Shown: positions 11,650 to 22,649 of the stretch, one piece after another
How the letters are laid out: each line of letters starts with the position of its first letter
Numbering within the stretch: position 1 is the stretch's first letter
NCBI GenBank assembly: GCA_030390025.1
Contig: CM059431.1
Location: 101,992,001-102,056,000, forward strand
DNA: 64,000 nt
Direction of reading: 5' to 3'
DNA from: Squalus acanthias
Lineage: Eukaryota
The notes under the pieces: generated by a model
Told to the model about the DNA's origin: nothing
The model's database searches: none
Seen by the model: only the letters and a program-made list of their open reading frames with translations
Translations under genes and position numbers: made by a program

Positions 11650-13499
11650 CATCCCCATCGCAGTTTTGGGAAGCCAGACGGTGCCTGCGGTATGACAGGA
11701 ATTTTGTTTGGATACCTCAAAGAGCATCTTCCCAAACCGAGAGATTTTAAAGCAGTTGCCTGCAGTATAGTAAACAGCCCAGAAATTGCTGGAAAAATAA
11801 TGGCGAGTTCGCCATTACTAGTGCGTTTAAAAAAAAAAACCAACTCGGCAATTTGTGGCGAGGAAGAGATATGCCGTGAGTTACGAATCGCCACCAGTTG
11901 CTGGGCATTTTGCCATTAGCCTCGCAAGAGATGAGCATCTGGCCGTGAGCCTCTCCATTCTGTGTCATTGAATTGCTGGATTTGCGCCGTTAATACGAAT
12001 TCATCTCGTCACAGTCATTTAGGGCTGGTAATTCATGTCGGAAGGACCCTGTTAATGACATGAAACTCAACCTCACCCACCAGCCAAGAGAGGGAACCAT
12101 TGAAACTTTGGAGTCTCACTCCCGCAGATGGAAAATTGTTCCGAGGGGTTTTTTAAATGTAACTTTTTTTCTTACTTTTCCTTTCTGCTTTTTTTCTCTC
12201 TCTCTCTCTCTCTCAATCCAGTCTTTCTTTCCCTCTCTGTTTCTCTTTCTGTACCTGACTTGACTCTAATTCACCCCATTTCCTTCTCCATCATTCACTC
12301 TGTGTTTCTTTCTCAATCCTTAAAATTCACTGGTTAAGGAGATAGACCAGTCGTTCACTAAAGTCACAGATGCCCTGTTGACCTTGCTGCACTGTTATCA
12401 GCTCGCACTTCCAGCAATTTGCGGCACAACAATAATACGCCCTGAAGGCGAATGGGATGCTGGCCTTTATATCTAGAGGACCAGAATACAGGGGGGGTAG
12501 AAGTCATGCTGCAGCTATACAAAACCCTGGTTAGACCACACCTGGAGTACTGTGAGCAGTTCTGGGCACCACACCGTAGGAAGGATATATTGGCCTTGGA
12601 GAGAGTGCAGCGTAGATTTACCAGAATAATACCCGGACTCCAAGGATTAAATTACAAGGAGCGATTACACAAATATAGGGTTATATTCCCTGGAATTTAG
12701 AAGGTTAAGGGGTGATTCGATTGATGTTTTCAAGATATTAAGGGGTAGACAGAGAGAAACTATTTCTGCTGGTTGGGGAGTCTAGGACTAGGGGGCATAG
12801 TCTAAAAATTAGAGCCAGACCTTTCAGGAGTGAAATTAGGAAACACTTCTACACACAAAGGGTGGTAGAAGTTTGGAACTCTCTTCCACAAATGGCAATT
12901 CGTGCTAGATCAATTGTTAATTTTAAATCTGAGATTGATAGATTCCTGTTAACCAAAGGTATTAAGGGATATGGGGCAAAGGTGGGTAGAGGAGTTCGGT
13001 CACAGATCAGCCGTGATCTCCTTGAATGGCGGAACAGGCTCGAGGGGTTAAATAGCCTACTCATGTTCCTATCAAGCGTGAGGTGAAATCCAACTCATGG
13101 CGCTCGCCATGAGATAAGAACATAAGAAATAGGAGCAGGAGTAGACCCTCGAGCCTGCTCCGCCATTCAGTGCGATCGTGGCTAATCTTCCACCTCAACT
13201 CCATTTGCCACCCTGTTCCCATATCCCTTGATTCCCTTAATGTCCAAAAATCTATTGCGCTCAGTCTTGAATATACTCATCGACTGAGCCTCCACAGCCC
13301 TCTGGGGCAGAGAATTCCAAAGTTTCTCAACCCTCTGAGTGAAGAAATTTCTCCTCATTTCAGTTCTAAATGGCCGACCCCTTATTCTGAGACTATGACC
13401 CCTAGTTCTGGACTCTCCAGCCAGGGGAAACAACCTCCCAGCATCGACCCTTTGAATTTTGTACGTTTCTTGTGCTTCCTACTGTGCGTTCTGCCACTA

Positions 13500-14122
13500 A
13501 GACTGTCCATTTCCACCATCGTAATATTACCTTTACCTCAGCTCATCTGCTGCTGAAACCCTCATCCATGCCTTTATCACCTCTAGACTTGACTATTCCA
13601 ATGCACACCTGGCCGGCCTCCCTAGTTCTACACTCCATAAACTTGAGGTCATCCAAAACTCTGCCGCCCGTGCCCTAATTCGCACCAAGCCTCGCTCACC
13701 CATTTCCCCTGTGCTCACTGACCTACGCCTCGATTTAAAAATTCTCATCCTTGTTTTCAAAGCCCTCCATGGCCTCGCCCCTCCTTATCTCTGTAATCTC
13801 CTCCAGCCCTATAATCCCCCTAGACCTCTGCGCTCCGCCTATTCTGGCCTTTTGAACTTCCCCGATTTTAAATGCTCCACCATTGGCGGGCGTGCCTTCA
13901 GCTGCCTAGGTCCTATGCTCTTTCCCTCCCTAAATCTCTCCACTTCTCTTTCCTTTTTTATGACGTTCCTTAAAACCGACCTCTTCGACCAAGCTTTTGG
14001 TCATCTGCCCTAACATCTCCTTACATGGTTCGGTGTCAAATTTTGTGTTTTTTTGATAACACTCCTGTGAAGCGCCATGGGACGTTTTATTACGTTAAAG
14101 GGCTATATAAGTTGTTGTTGTT
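13500..14122 (+). mobile_element. L2-clade LINE 3' fragment inserted in a minus-strand CR1 (13115-13470, resuming 14123-14196)
   Basis: L2 ORF2 motifs and GTTGTTG tail; the CR1 sequence continues on both sides. Confidence 0.8.
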
Positions 14123-14414
14123 CGATGAGATCACCTCTCATTCTTCTAAATTCCAGAGAATATAGGCCTATTTTACTCAATCTCTCCTCATAGGACAGCT
14201 CCAGCAAAGTCTGTGCCAATGTTGTTTACCTTTTCTAACAAATACCATTTGCAGTGTGGTGTTTTCTGTGTAAGCTGTATGATAAATGTCCTCAATGCAG
14301 AATTTTTAATTAGGCACTTTAATTTCAAGTAGCTATTAACTGTGTTAGGCCCAAGAGAACGAGGCTGTGTATGCATGTTCATGCATCTTTGCTCCCTGCC
14401 CCCAACATTAATTG

Positions 14415-14583
14415 TGATGCGGAGATGCCGGTGTTGGACTGGGGTGGACAAAAGTGAGAAGTCGCACAACACCAGGTTATAGTCCAACAGTTTTATTTGA
14501 AATCACAAGCTTTCGGAGCTGCTGCTCCTTAGCAGCAGCTCCGAAAGCTTGTGATTTCAAATAAAACTGTTGGACTATAACCT
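14415..14583. mobile_element. Miniature Penelope family B fold-back insertion
   Basis: 11-bp TSD AACATTAATTG (14404-14414, 14584-14594); matches 21120-21238; perfect 53-bp inverted repeat 14474-14526 / 14531-14583. Confidence 0.85.
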
Positions 14584-14597
14584 AACATTAATTGAGT

Positions 14598-14996
14598 AGG
14601 GCTGTACCGTGGCTGCAGTGTGTACCATCTACAAAATGTACTGCAACAACTCGCCAAGGCTTATTCGACAGCACCTCCCAAACCCGCGACCTCCACCACC
14701 TAGGAGGACAAGGGCAGCAGGCACATGGGAACACCACCACCTCCAAGTTCCCCTCCAAGTCCCCCTCCAAGTCACACACCATCCTGACATGGAAATATAT
14801 CGGCCATTCCTTCATCGTCGCTGGGTCAAAATCCTGGAACTCCCTCCCTAACAACACTGTGGGAGTACCTTCACCACACGGACTGCAGCGGTTCAAGAAG
14901 GCGGCTCACCACCACCTTCTCAAGGGCAACTAGGGATGGGCAATAAATGCTGGCCTTGCCAGCGACGTCCACATCCCGTGAATGAATAAAAAAAAT
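14598..14996 (+). mobile_element. Non-LTR retrotransposon 3' fragment, clade unassigned
   Basis: ..SFIVAGSKSWNSLP...FKKAAHHHL type C-terminus, AATAAA and A-tail. Confidence 0.65.
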
Positions 14997-16139
14997 ACAC
15001 TGCCTTTACATTGATCATTTAATGCTGTGCAGACTTCTATTTGATGAAGTCTTGTCTACTTCCATAACTGAGGGGACACTTTTTCTTCTTTTCCATTTGG
15101 TATCTCTGAATTGTTTCCTTTTAAAATAAAAATAAGAGAATTAATTTTTGCCTTTTTGTTGCTTTAAGGGCATCAGTATTGTGCTCACTTGGTACTCAGT
15201 TTGGGAGTTCCTACTAATGGTTTGGAAGATCACATTAGTACTTATGTTCTGGACCAGAGCTTTAACTGAGAAAGTTTGCTTCATCTCTAGAACACCTGGT
15301 CAGTTTGGCTATTTGCCTGAAGTGCTTCATCTCTTTGGCATGTTGAGCAGAGTCTAAATTTCATAATCAAAAACACAATTTCTAAATTTGCAGATGACAC
15401 ACAAATTGGTGGGGGGGAGGGGGGGGGATAGTTAATACTGAGGAGGACTGCAACAAATTACAGGACGATGGTAATAAACTTGAAGAATGGGCATATAATT
15501 GGAAAATAAAATTCAACACAGATAAATGTGAGGTATTACATTTTGGTAGGAAGAATAGGGAGGTCACTTATTACTTGGAGGGTGTGAGTCTAGGTGGGGT
15601 AGAGGAGCAAAGGGATCTCTGAGTACAAATACACAAATCACTAAAAGTAGTGACACAGGTTAACAAGGCCATAAACCAGGCACTAGGGTTTATTTCTAGA
15701 GGGATAGAATTGAAAAGTAGTGAAGTTATGCTAAACTTGCATCGAACCTTAGTTAGACCACACTTGGAGTACTGCGTACAATTCTGGTCGGCGTATTATA
15801 AAAAGGATATAGAGGCACTGGAGAGGGTGCAGAGAAGATTTACAAGGATGATACCAGAAATGCGAGGGTATACCTATCAGGAAAGGGTGAACAGACTGGG
15901 TCTCTTTTCGCTTGAAAAATGAAGGCTGAGGGGTGACCTAATAGAGGTCTTTAAAATTATGAAAGGTTTTGATAGAGTAGACACAGAGTGTTTCCATTTG
16001 TGGGGAAGAGCAAAATTAGAGGCCATCAATATAAGATAGGCACCAAGAAATCAAATAGGGAATTCAGAAGTACAGGAAACTTTCGTTTATCCGGCACCCA
16101 AATAACCGGAATTCTCGCTTAACCGGCAAAAATCATCCT

Positions 16140-16620
16140 CCGAAAACTCCTCTCAAATAACCGGCAATGTTGCCGAGTCGCAGTCGAGTCTCCGCGAACG
16201 CCGAGTGCTCCGAAAACTCCTCTCAAATAACCGGCAATGTTGCCGATCCCGAGTCCGAGTCCGAGTCCGCGAACGCCGATTTAGTCAGTAGGGGTACTTT
16301 TCAAAAGTGCCACTACTCGGCCTCCTGGCGCTGTCGCAAGTCCGAAACATTGCAGTAGCATGAGTAGATTCTCCCGCGCTGCCTGGAGTCTCTTCGGATC
16401 GGCCATTTTGCTGGGTGTCTCCCACGATGCTGGTAGTCTCTTCTGATCCACCATTTTGCTGTGTGTCTCCCACGCTGCTGGTACTGTAGTCTCTTCTGAT
16501 ACACCATTTTACTGTGTGTCTGCCACGCTGCTGGTACTGTAGTCTCTTCTGATACACCATTTTACTGTGTGTCTGCCACGCTGCTGGTAGTCTCTTCCTA
16601 GCCACCATTGTTCTGTGTGT
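16140..16620 (+). repeat. Subterminal direct repeats in the Tigger 5' arm
   Basis: CCGAAAACTCCTCTCAAATAACCGGCAATGTTGCCGA twice (16140, 16210), then about 4-5 imperfect 47-53 bp units CCATTTT(G/A)CTGTGTGTCT..CACGCTGCTGGTA..GTCTCTTC. Confidence 0.85.
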
Positions 16621-16661
16621 CTTTCCATCTTCATCGGCAATTATCTCCTCCATCTTGCATT

Positions 16662-18395
16662 ATGGAATTCCCAAAAGCTGGTCCAAGCAAAAGGAAGAGA
16701 GTGGTCTTAACTTTAAAACAGAAAATCGAGATATGCCAACGACTAGAAAGGGGAGAGAAGCGTATCAACATTATGAATGAATTCAAAATCGGTTCGTCAA
16801 CAATCTACGACATCAAATCGCAGAAGGATAAGCTGCTCAAGTTTTATTCAAGCTCGGAGACATGCAAGAGTGTAGAGAAACGGCGTACGCTTCGTAAGCC
16901 TAAGCTTGAAGAGCTGGATACCGTGCTTTATGAATGGTTTTCTCTTAAGCGTTCAGAGGGTGTTCCAATTTCCGGACCCATGCTCATCGAGAAAGCGAAG
17001 GAATTCTACGATAGGATGGAGCTCACTGACAAGTGTGCTTTCTCCGATGGATGGCTAACGTGCTTCAAGTTACGGCACGGGATACGACGACTCGATATTT
17101 CCGGGGAGAAGAAATCAGCTGATCACGAAGCCGCAGAAGAATACTGCAATTATTTCAATCGGATTGTGCAGCAACATGATTTGTCGCCAGCACAGATCTA
17201 CAATGCCGATGAAACTGGCTTGTTTTGGAGGTTTTTGCCAGAATCAACGCTTGCTGGGGCTAGTGAGGCTAATGCTTCAGGTTACAAGAAAAATAAAGAT
17301 CGTGTAACCGTGCTAACATGTGCGAACGCTGCTGGATCACACCGGGTTAAACTTCTTGTTATCGGGAAGTATAAAAATCCCCGTGCATTTAAAAATGTGA
17401 GGCACTTACCTGTTGAGTACAAAGCTCAAAAAAATGCTTGGATGGATAAGGAAATCTTCTCCGATTGGTTCCATCATATTTTTGTTCCATCTGTGAAGGA
17501 ACATTTCCGCAGAATAGGGAAACCTGAAGATAGCAAATGCATTTTATTGCTTGATAATTGCAGAGCCCATCCGCATGAATCCCAGTTGGTTTCGGGAAAT
17601 ATTTTCACCATTTATTTGCCACCAAATGTAACTTCTCTCATCCAACCCATGGACCAGGGCGTTATCCAAAATCTGAAGTGTCATTACAAGAAAGACTTCC
17701 TACGTAAACTGCTAAGCCAAGATGAGAATATTCAAGATTTGCAGAAGGAATACAATATTAAAGATGCCATCTATAATGTTGCATGTTCCTGGAAATTGGT
17801 GAAAGGTCACACTCTGAGGCAAGCCTGGCGCAAATTGTGGCCTTCTGTAATGTTTGCTGAAGGTTCTTCTTCAGAGGAGGAATTTCATGGGTTCAGTGTT
17901 CGTCCCAAGAAGAGTACAATAATGGAAATGGCTGGAATGGTGAAAAATGCAGGCCCAGCAAACCCTCTACGTCACCTCAGTGAAAGTGATATCGAGCAGT
18001 GGGTTGATGCAGATAGAGAAGTTGGTGTTGTGCATATGCTAAGTGATGATGAAATAATTCAGAATGTTTTGAATCCAAAGAAAGAAAAGGAAAGCGAGAT
18101 GGAAAGTGAAGAGGATGAGATTTCTGAAGAAGAGAAGATTTCTTGGGCTAAAGCTGCAGAAGGATTTTCTACAATCCTCAAATTTGCACAAGAAGTTATG
18201 CAACTCCATATTCTGCATTCCTCCTTTCTACAGAAAAGGCAAGAGTCCACTAAGCAAACCGACATCCGCAACATGTTTAAGAAAGCTTCCAAAAGAGTCG
18301 CAGCAGCGGAAGTGCCTGAAGAATCGGTGGAACTGCGTGATCCTGATGACCCAGCTGGCACGGATATTTCTGATGAACCAGATGACTCTGAATAA
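16662..18395 (+). CDS. Tigger/pogo (CENP-B/Jerky-like) transposase, 577 aa from the first ATG
   Basis: N-terminal [20 protein letters not shown]-type HTH (LYEWF...GPMLIEKA...FSDGWL), catalytic NADETG / LLLDN / QPMDQG with DD32D spacing, acidic tail; no stops or frameshifts. Confidence 0.93.
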   Translation: MEFPKAGPSKRKRVVLTLKQKIEICQRLERGEKRINIMNEFKIGSSTIYDIKSQKDKLLKFYSSSETCKSVEKRRTLRKPKLEELDTVLYEWFSLKRSEGVPISGPMLIEKAKEFYDRMELTDKCAFSDGWLTCFKLRHGIRRLDISGEKKSADHEAAEEYCNYFNRIVQQHDLSPAQIYNADETGLFWRFLPESTLAGASEANASGYKKNKDRVTVLTCANAAGSHRVKLLVIGKYKNPRAFKNVRHLPVEYKAQKNAWMDKEIFSDWFHHIFVPSVKEHFRRIGKPEDSKCILLLDNCRAHPHESQLVSGNIFTIYLPPNVTSLIQPMDQGVIQNLKCHYKKDFLRKLLSQDENIQDLQKEYNIKDAIYNVACSWKLVKGHTLRQAWRKLWPSVMFAEGSSSEEEFHGFSVRPKKSTIMEMAGMVKNAGPANPLRHLSESDIEQWVDADREVGVVHMLSDDEIIQNVLNPKKEKESEMESEEDEISEEEKISWAKAAEGFSTILKFAQEVMQLHILHSSFLQKRQESTKQTDIRNMFKKASKRVAAAEVPEESVELRDPDDPAGTDISDEPDDSE

Positions 18396-18940
18396 GTGTA
18401 CAGTCAACTACAGTACTGTAGACAGTCGTTTATAAGTTTTGTTTTACTGTTAAGTAATTAAAGAGTTATGGATTACCCTCAACTGGCAGTACTGTACTTA
18501 ATCAAGCATCTTCCACCATCCATTTAACACAACATTCTGTAGGTGAGTACCCAAATACTGTATACTGCACATTTCTTGATTTTTTTAGGTTAAAAATAGC
18601 CTCTGTAGATATAACTCTCCGTTATCCGGTACTTTCGATAAACCGGCACCACGCCGGTCCCGTCGATGCCGGATAAACGAAAGTTTCCTGTAACATCTTT
18701 ACCCAGAGAGTGGTGAGAATGTGGAACTCACTACCACAGGGAGTCGTTGAGGCAAATAGTATAGATGCATTTAAGGAGAGGCTAAATAAGCATATGAGGG
18801 AGAAGGGAATAGAGGGTTATGTTGATAGAGTTAGATGAGGAAAGAGGGGAGGAGGCTCGAGTGGAGCATAAACGCCGGCATGGACTGGTTGGGCCGAATG
18901 GCCTGTTTCTGTGCCATATATCCTATGTAATCCTATGTAA

Positions 18941-19135
18941 AAAAGAAAGACTTGCATTTCTATAGCACCTTTCAAGATCTCAGGACGTCCCAAAGCGCTT
19001 TACAGCCAATGAAGTACTTTTGAAATGTGGTCACTGTTGCAATGTAGGGAAACACAGCACCCAATGTGTGCACAGCAAGCTCCCACAAACAGCAATGTGA
19101 TAATGACCAGATAATCTCTTTTTAGTGATGTTGGT
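18941..19135 (-). mobile_element. DeuSINE 3' part
   Basis: Same family tail; truncated where the RTE fragment starts. Confidence 0.75.
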
Positions 19136-19615
19136 GTTCTCGCTCAGGCCAACATCCCCAGCATCGAAGCTTTGACCATGCTTGATCAGCTCCGATGGAC
19201 GGGCCGCATCGTCTGCATGCCCGATACGAGACTCCCAAAACAAGCGCTCTACTCGGAGCTCCGACACGGCAAGAGAGCCCCAGTTGGGCAGAGGAAACGC
19301 TTCAAGGACACCCTCAAAGCCTCCTTGAAAAAGTGCAACATCCCCACCGACACCTGGGAATCCCTGGCCCAAGACCGCACAAAGTGGAGGAGAAGCATCC
19401 GGGAAGGCGCCGAACACCTCGAGTCTCTTCGCCGGGAGCAAGTGGAAGGAGCGCACTTCAACCCAAGCACCCCACCCACCCGCCCCTTCAACCACCGTCT
19501 GCCCCACCTGTGACAGAGGCTGTAGGTCCCGCATTGGACTCATCAGTCACCTGAGAACTCATTTTTAGTGTGGAAGCAAGTCATCCTTGGTTCTGAGGGA
19601 CTGCCTAAGAAGAAG
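19136..19615 (+). mobile_element. RTE-clade LINE 3' fragment
   Basis: QLRWTGRIVCMPDTRLPKQALYSEL...RKRFKDTLK...AQDRTKWR, followed by C2H2-like CPTCDRGCRSRIGLISHLRTH. Confidence 0.8.
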
Positions 19616-20225
19616 GAAGTTCCCTCAAGCTAGTTAATTTTCATGAGGTACTGATGGGCACTAAATATGGATCTGAGTAATGAGCAGCCTTGGGAGTCTA
19701 ACGCATGGCCTGGCTAGGAGGCAAGCACAGGTGGTACTGGGTGCCAATAGTCTTCACTAATGCAAGGTGCCAATTCTCCATACATTGGCTTGCTTTACTG
19801 ATCCTACCACTTTAATTCCTTACTGTAAGGGAATGTGGCTTGGAGGTTCCCAGGGCTCACTCTCTCTCTTTGAGTGACCCAACCATTCACACCTGCCAAC
19901 AACTCTTAATCCTCTTGCATTTCTGTGGGGTGTTTATCAGCAGGAAGGCATGGAAGGAAAGTTCTTTAAAGTCATATAGTCACATCTGGTGATAAGCCAC
20001 CCTTTGATCAGGCCCGGGTAATGCAAACAAACCTACCAGATCACCACGTCACCGGACGTGTATTGTATTTGTTAGTTTTTTGTGGGGAGAGGAAGGAATG
20101 TTAACTGTGCAAGCCCAGTTCTTGGTTCAATAGCAAAATACTGCGGATGCTGGAAAACTAAAATAACAACAGAAAGCGCTGGAAAAACTCAGCAGGCCAG
20201 GCAACATCCGTGGAGAGAGAAACAG

Positions 20226-20262
20226 AGTTAACGTTTCAGGTCGAAGACCCTTCGTCAGAACT
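20226..20262 (-). ncRNA. Minimal type I hammerhead ribozyme motif (Penelope family A)
   Basis: Reverse strand reads AGTT-CTGACGA-A-GGGTC-TTC-GACCT-GAAAC-GTT-AACT: core boxes, stem II, palindromic minimal stem III, stem I AGTT/AACT. Confidence 0.75.
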
Positions 20263-21208
20263 GAGAAAAAAGCAGGAAATGAAACAGATGAAAAAGCAAG
20301 TTTGGAGGCTGGGGGAGGGAATAAAAGAACAAAAGGGAAGGTCTGTGAGACGTAGAGACATTAAGAGATACACAAGGCGAGACGAGATGGTAATAGGACA
20401 GGTTAAGAAACAAAAGATGGCTCAGAAGTGTGAAATGCGCTGGCAGGATGAAAGACAGCTGCCACGTGGGAGAGAGAAAAAAAGAGAAAAGGCACAAACC
20501 AAAAGGGGGGATAAAAATGGTAGGGGCCGAGGTTATAATCTGAAATTGTTGAACTCGATATTGAGTCCGGAAGGCTGTAAAGTGCCTAATCGGAAGATGA
20601 GGTGCTGTTCCTCGAGCTTACGCTGAGCTTCCGTGGAACAGTGCAAGAGGCCGAAGACGGTGAGGTCTGAGTGGGCATGGAGCGGTGAGTTAAAATGACA
20701 GGCGACCGGAAGCTCGGGGTCACCCTTACGGACTGAACGGAGGTGTTCCACAAAGCGGTCTCCCAATCTGCGTTTGGTCTCCACAAAGTCCTTCCGGACT
20801 CCATATCGAGTTCAACAATTTCAAATTATAACCTCGGCCCCCACCATTTTTATCCCCCCTTTTGGTTTGTGCCTTTTCTCTTTTTTTCTCTCTCCCACGT
20901 GGCAGCTGTCTTTCATCCTGCCAGCGCATTTCACACTTCTGAGCCATCTTTTGTTTCTTAACCTGTCCTATTATCATCTCGTCTCGCCTTGTGTATCTCT
21001 TAATGTCTCTACGTCTCACAGACCTTCCCTTTTGTTCTTTTATTCCCTCCCCCAGCCTCCAAACTTGCTTTTTCATCTGTTTCATTTCCTGCTTTTTTCT
21101 CAGTTCTGACGAAAGGTCATGATGTGGAGATGCCGGTGTTGGACTGGGGTGGACAAAAATGAGAAGTCGCACAACACCAGGTTATAGTCCCAACAGATTT
21201 ATTTAATT

Positions 21209-21247
21209 TTACAAGCTTTCGGAACAGTTCGCTCCTTCGTCAGGTAA
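21209..21247 (-). ncRNA. Minimal hammerhead ribozyme motif (Penelope family B, left arm)
   Basis: Reverse complement of the motif at 22005-22043. Confidence 0.72.
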
Positions 21248-22004
21248 GTTAGCAGTGAGAGAATCTTCCAGAATTCACAATTTAAACACAGACAAAATAT
21301 ATTCAAATCTTTCCCTACATCAAAGAGCATAGCCAAGACAATGAGATGTGTCCCAGGGGGTCCAACGTGTCAAACCACCTGCTGGCTGCATATCCTGTCA
21401 ATCTGTGTAGGTTCTTGTGTTAGTCTTTTTAAAAAAAAACACCTGGGAAGATGTCAAGTCACGTTCTGTATCGTGACATGAACCCGATATCGCGATTGAG
21501 GCCATCCTCATGAGTGCGGAACTTGGCTATCAGTTTCTGCTCTATGATTTTGCGCTGTCGTGTATCTCGAAGGCCGCAGGCAGGAGGGTTGCCTCCCAGT
21601 CGGGGAACACTTCAGCAGCCAGGGGCATTTAGCCTCGGATATGCGGGTAAGCGTTCTCCAAGGCGGCCTTCGAGATACACGACAGCGCAAAATCATAGAG
21701 CAGAAACTGATAGCCAAGTTCCGCACTCATGAGGATGGCCTCAATCGCGATATCGGGTTCATGTCACGATACAGAACGTGACTTGACATCATGGCTGGTC
21801 TTCCCAGGTGTTTTTTTTTTTAAAAAGACTAACACAAGAACCTACACAGATTGACAGGATATGCAGCCAGCAGGTGGTTTGACACGTTGGACCCCCTGGG
21901 ACACATCTCATTGTCTTGGCTATGCTCTTTGATGTAGGGAAAGATTTGAATATATTTTGTCTGTGTTTAAATTGTGAATTCTGGAAGATTCTCTCACTGC
22001 TAAC

Positions 22005-22043
22005 TTACCTGACGAAGGAGCGAACTGTTCCGAAAGCTTGTAA
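22005..22043 (+). ncRNA. Minimal hammerhead ribozyme motif (Penelope family B, right arm; sense to STK24)
   Basis: TTAC-CTGACGA-A-GGAGCG-AAC-TGTTCC-GAAAG-CTT-GTAA; stem I TTAC/GTAA, stem II with G-U pairs. Confidence 0.75.
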
Positions 22044-22092
22044 AATTAAATAAATCTGTTGGACTATAACCTGGTGTTGTGCGACTTCTCAT

Positions 22093-22126
22093 TTCTGACG
22101 AAAGGTCTTCGACCTGAAACGTTAAC
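22093..22126 (+). ncRNA. Hammerhead motif of family A right arm, stem I damaged by the nested insertion
   Basis: TT-CTGACGA-A-AGGTC-TTC-GACCT-GAAAC-GTT-AAC; the upstream AGTT is replaced by ATTT. Confidence 0.6.
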
Positions 22127-22458
22127 TCTGTTTCTCTCTCCATGGATGTTGCCTGGCCTGCTGAGTTTTTCCAGCGCTTTCTGTTGTTATCCCAGTTCTT
22201 GGTTGTTGCTCTTGTGACTTGGTGCAATTGATGCCTCAGTTTGAAATCTATTAGAGATCTGATTTGGTTTGTTAAGAGTGAAGCAAATCTTACAGCCTTT
22301 GTGTAAAAGCCAGTGGACTCTCTAGCAAGGCATTGGTAAATCTTATGACTCTTGTCTGAGGTTTTCATGAAACAATACTTGAATTTTAAACAGTTGCGAG
22401 ATTCTTCTGCCACCCTCCCCAAGACTCCGTGCTAAGGATAGGATAAGTGTGTATACAC

Positions 22459-22623
22459 CAATGTTCCCCCTAACTTTAAATTTGGGTGTGCGGTCCCTTT
22501 AACGGGCTGCGTGGACCATTCGAAGTTTCACGCAAGCGTGAAATTTCACATTGTAAAAGCGGGCCCCGAGCTGCACAGGACTGGCAGACAGCTGTGCGAC
22601 CCCGCAACTTAGAGGGAACGTTG
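22459..22623. mobile_element. Candidate hAT-type MITE (165 bp)
   Basis: 15-bp imperfect TIRs CAATGTTCCCCCTAA / TTAGAGGGAACGTTG flanked by degenerate 8-bp repeats GTATACAC / ATGTACAC. Confidence 0.6.
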
Positions 22624-22649
22624 ATGTACACTGAGCAAATGCTAGACTT

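Larger units (their letters stand above)
9455..13070 (+). mobile_element. CR1 3' fragments 9455-9805 and 12450-13070
   Basis: CR1 ORF2 C-terminal translations in the ORF track. Confidence 0.78.
16073..18690 (+). mobile_element. Full-length Tigger/pogo-family DNA transposon (2618 bp)
   Basis: Perfect 24-bp TIRs CAGGAAACTTTCGTTTATCCGGCA (16073-16096 and 18667-18690), TA target duplication on both sides, splits a CR1 fragment. Confidence 0.95.
15380..18940 (+). mobile_element. CR1 3' fragment (15380-16070 and 18693-18940) split by the Tigger insertion
   Basis: SKFADDT...[13 protein letters not shown]; continues ACATCTTTACCCAGAGAGTGG after the TA; TCCTATGTAA tandem tail. Confidence 0.87.
21119..22092. 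mobile_element. Penelope-like element, family B: ~420-bp inverted repeat with GIY-YIG fragment
   Basis: Arms ~21157-21577 and 21663-22092; ORF ...LPVGEHFSSQGH...EQKLIAKFRTHEDGLNRD; flanked by 15-bp TSD TTCTGACGAAAGGTC (21104-21118, 22093-22107). Confidence 0.88.
20128..22190. mobile_element. Penelope-like element, family A: inverted-repeat 3' ends with GIY-YIG fragment, interrupted by a family B copy
   Basis: 14-bp TSD CCCAGTTCTTGGTT (20114-20127, 22191-22204); minus ORF 20533-20784 ETKRRLGDRFVEH...PVACHFN...LGTLQPSGLN is a GIY-YIG C-terminus; left arm ~20163-20575 mirrored by 20790-21118 plus 22108-22190. Confidence 0.88.

Noticed and set aside
16608..18395. Domesticated TIGD/JRK-like host gene, or a start at TTG 16608
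   Set aside because: Intact TIRs, TA TSD, a MITE derivative and insertion into a CR1 indicate a transposon; the first ATG is at 16662.
18543..18589. GTGAGT...TTTTTTTAG mini-intron whose AG coincides with the MITE deletion breakpoint
   Set aside because: 46 nt is too short for a typical vertebrate intron and the left MITE breakpoint is not a GT donor, so a splicing origin for the MITE is unsupported.
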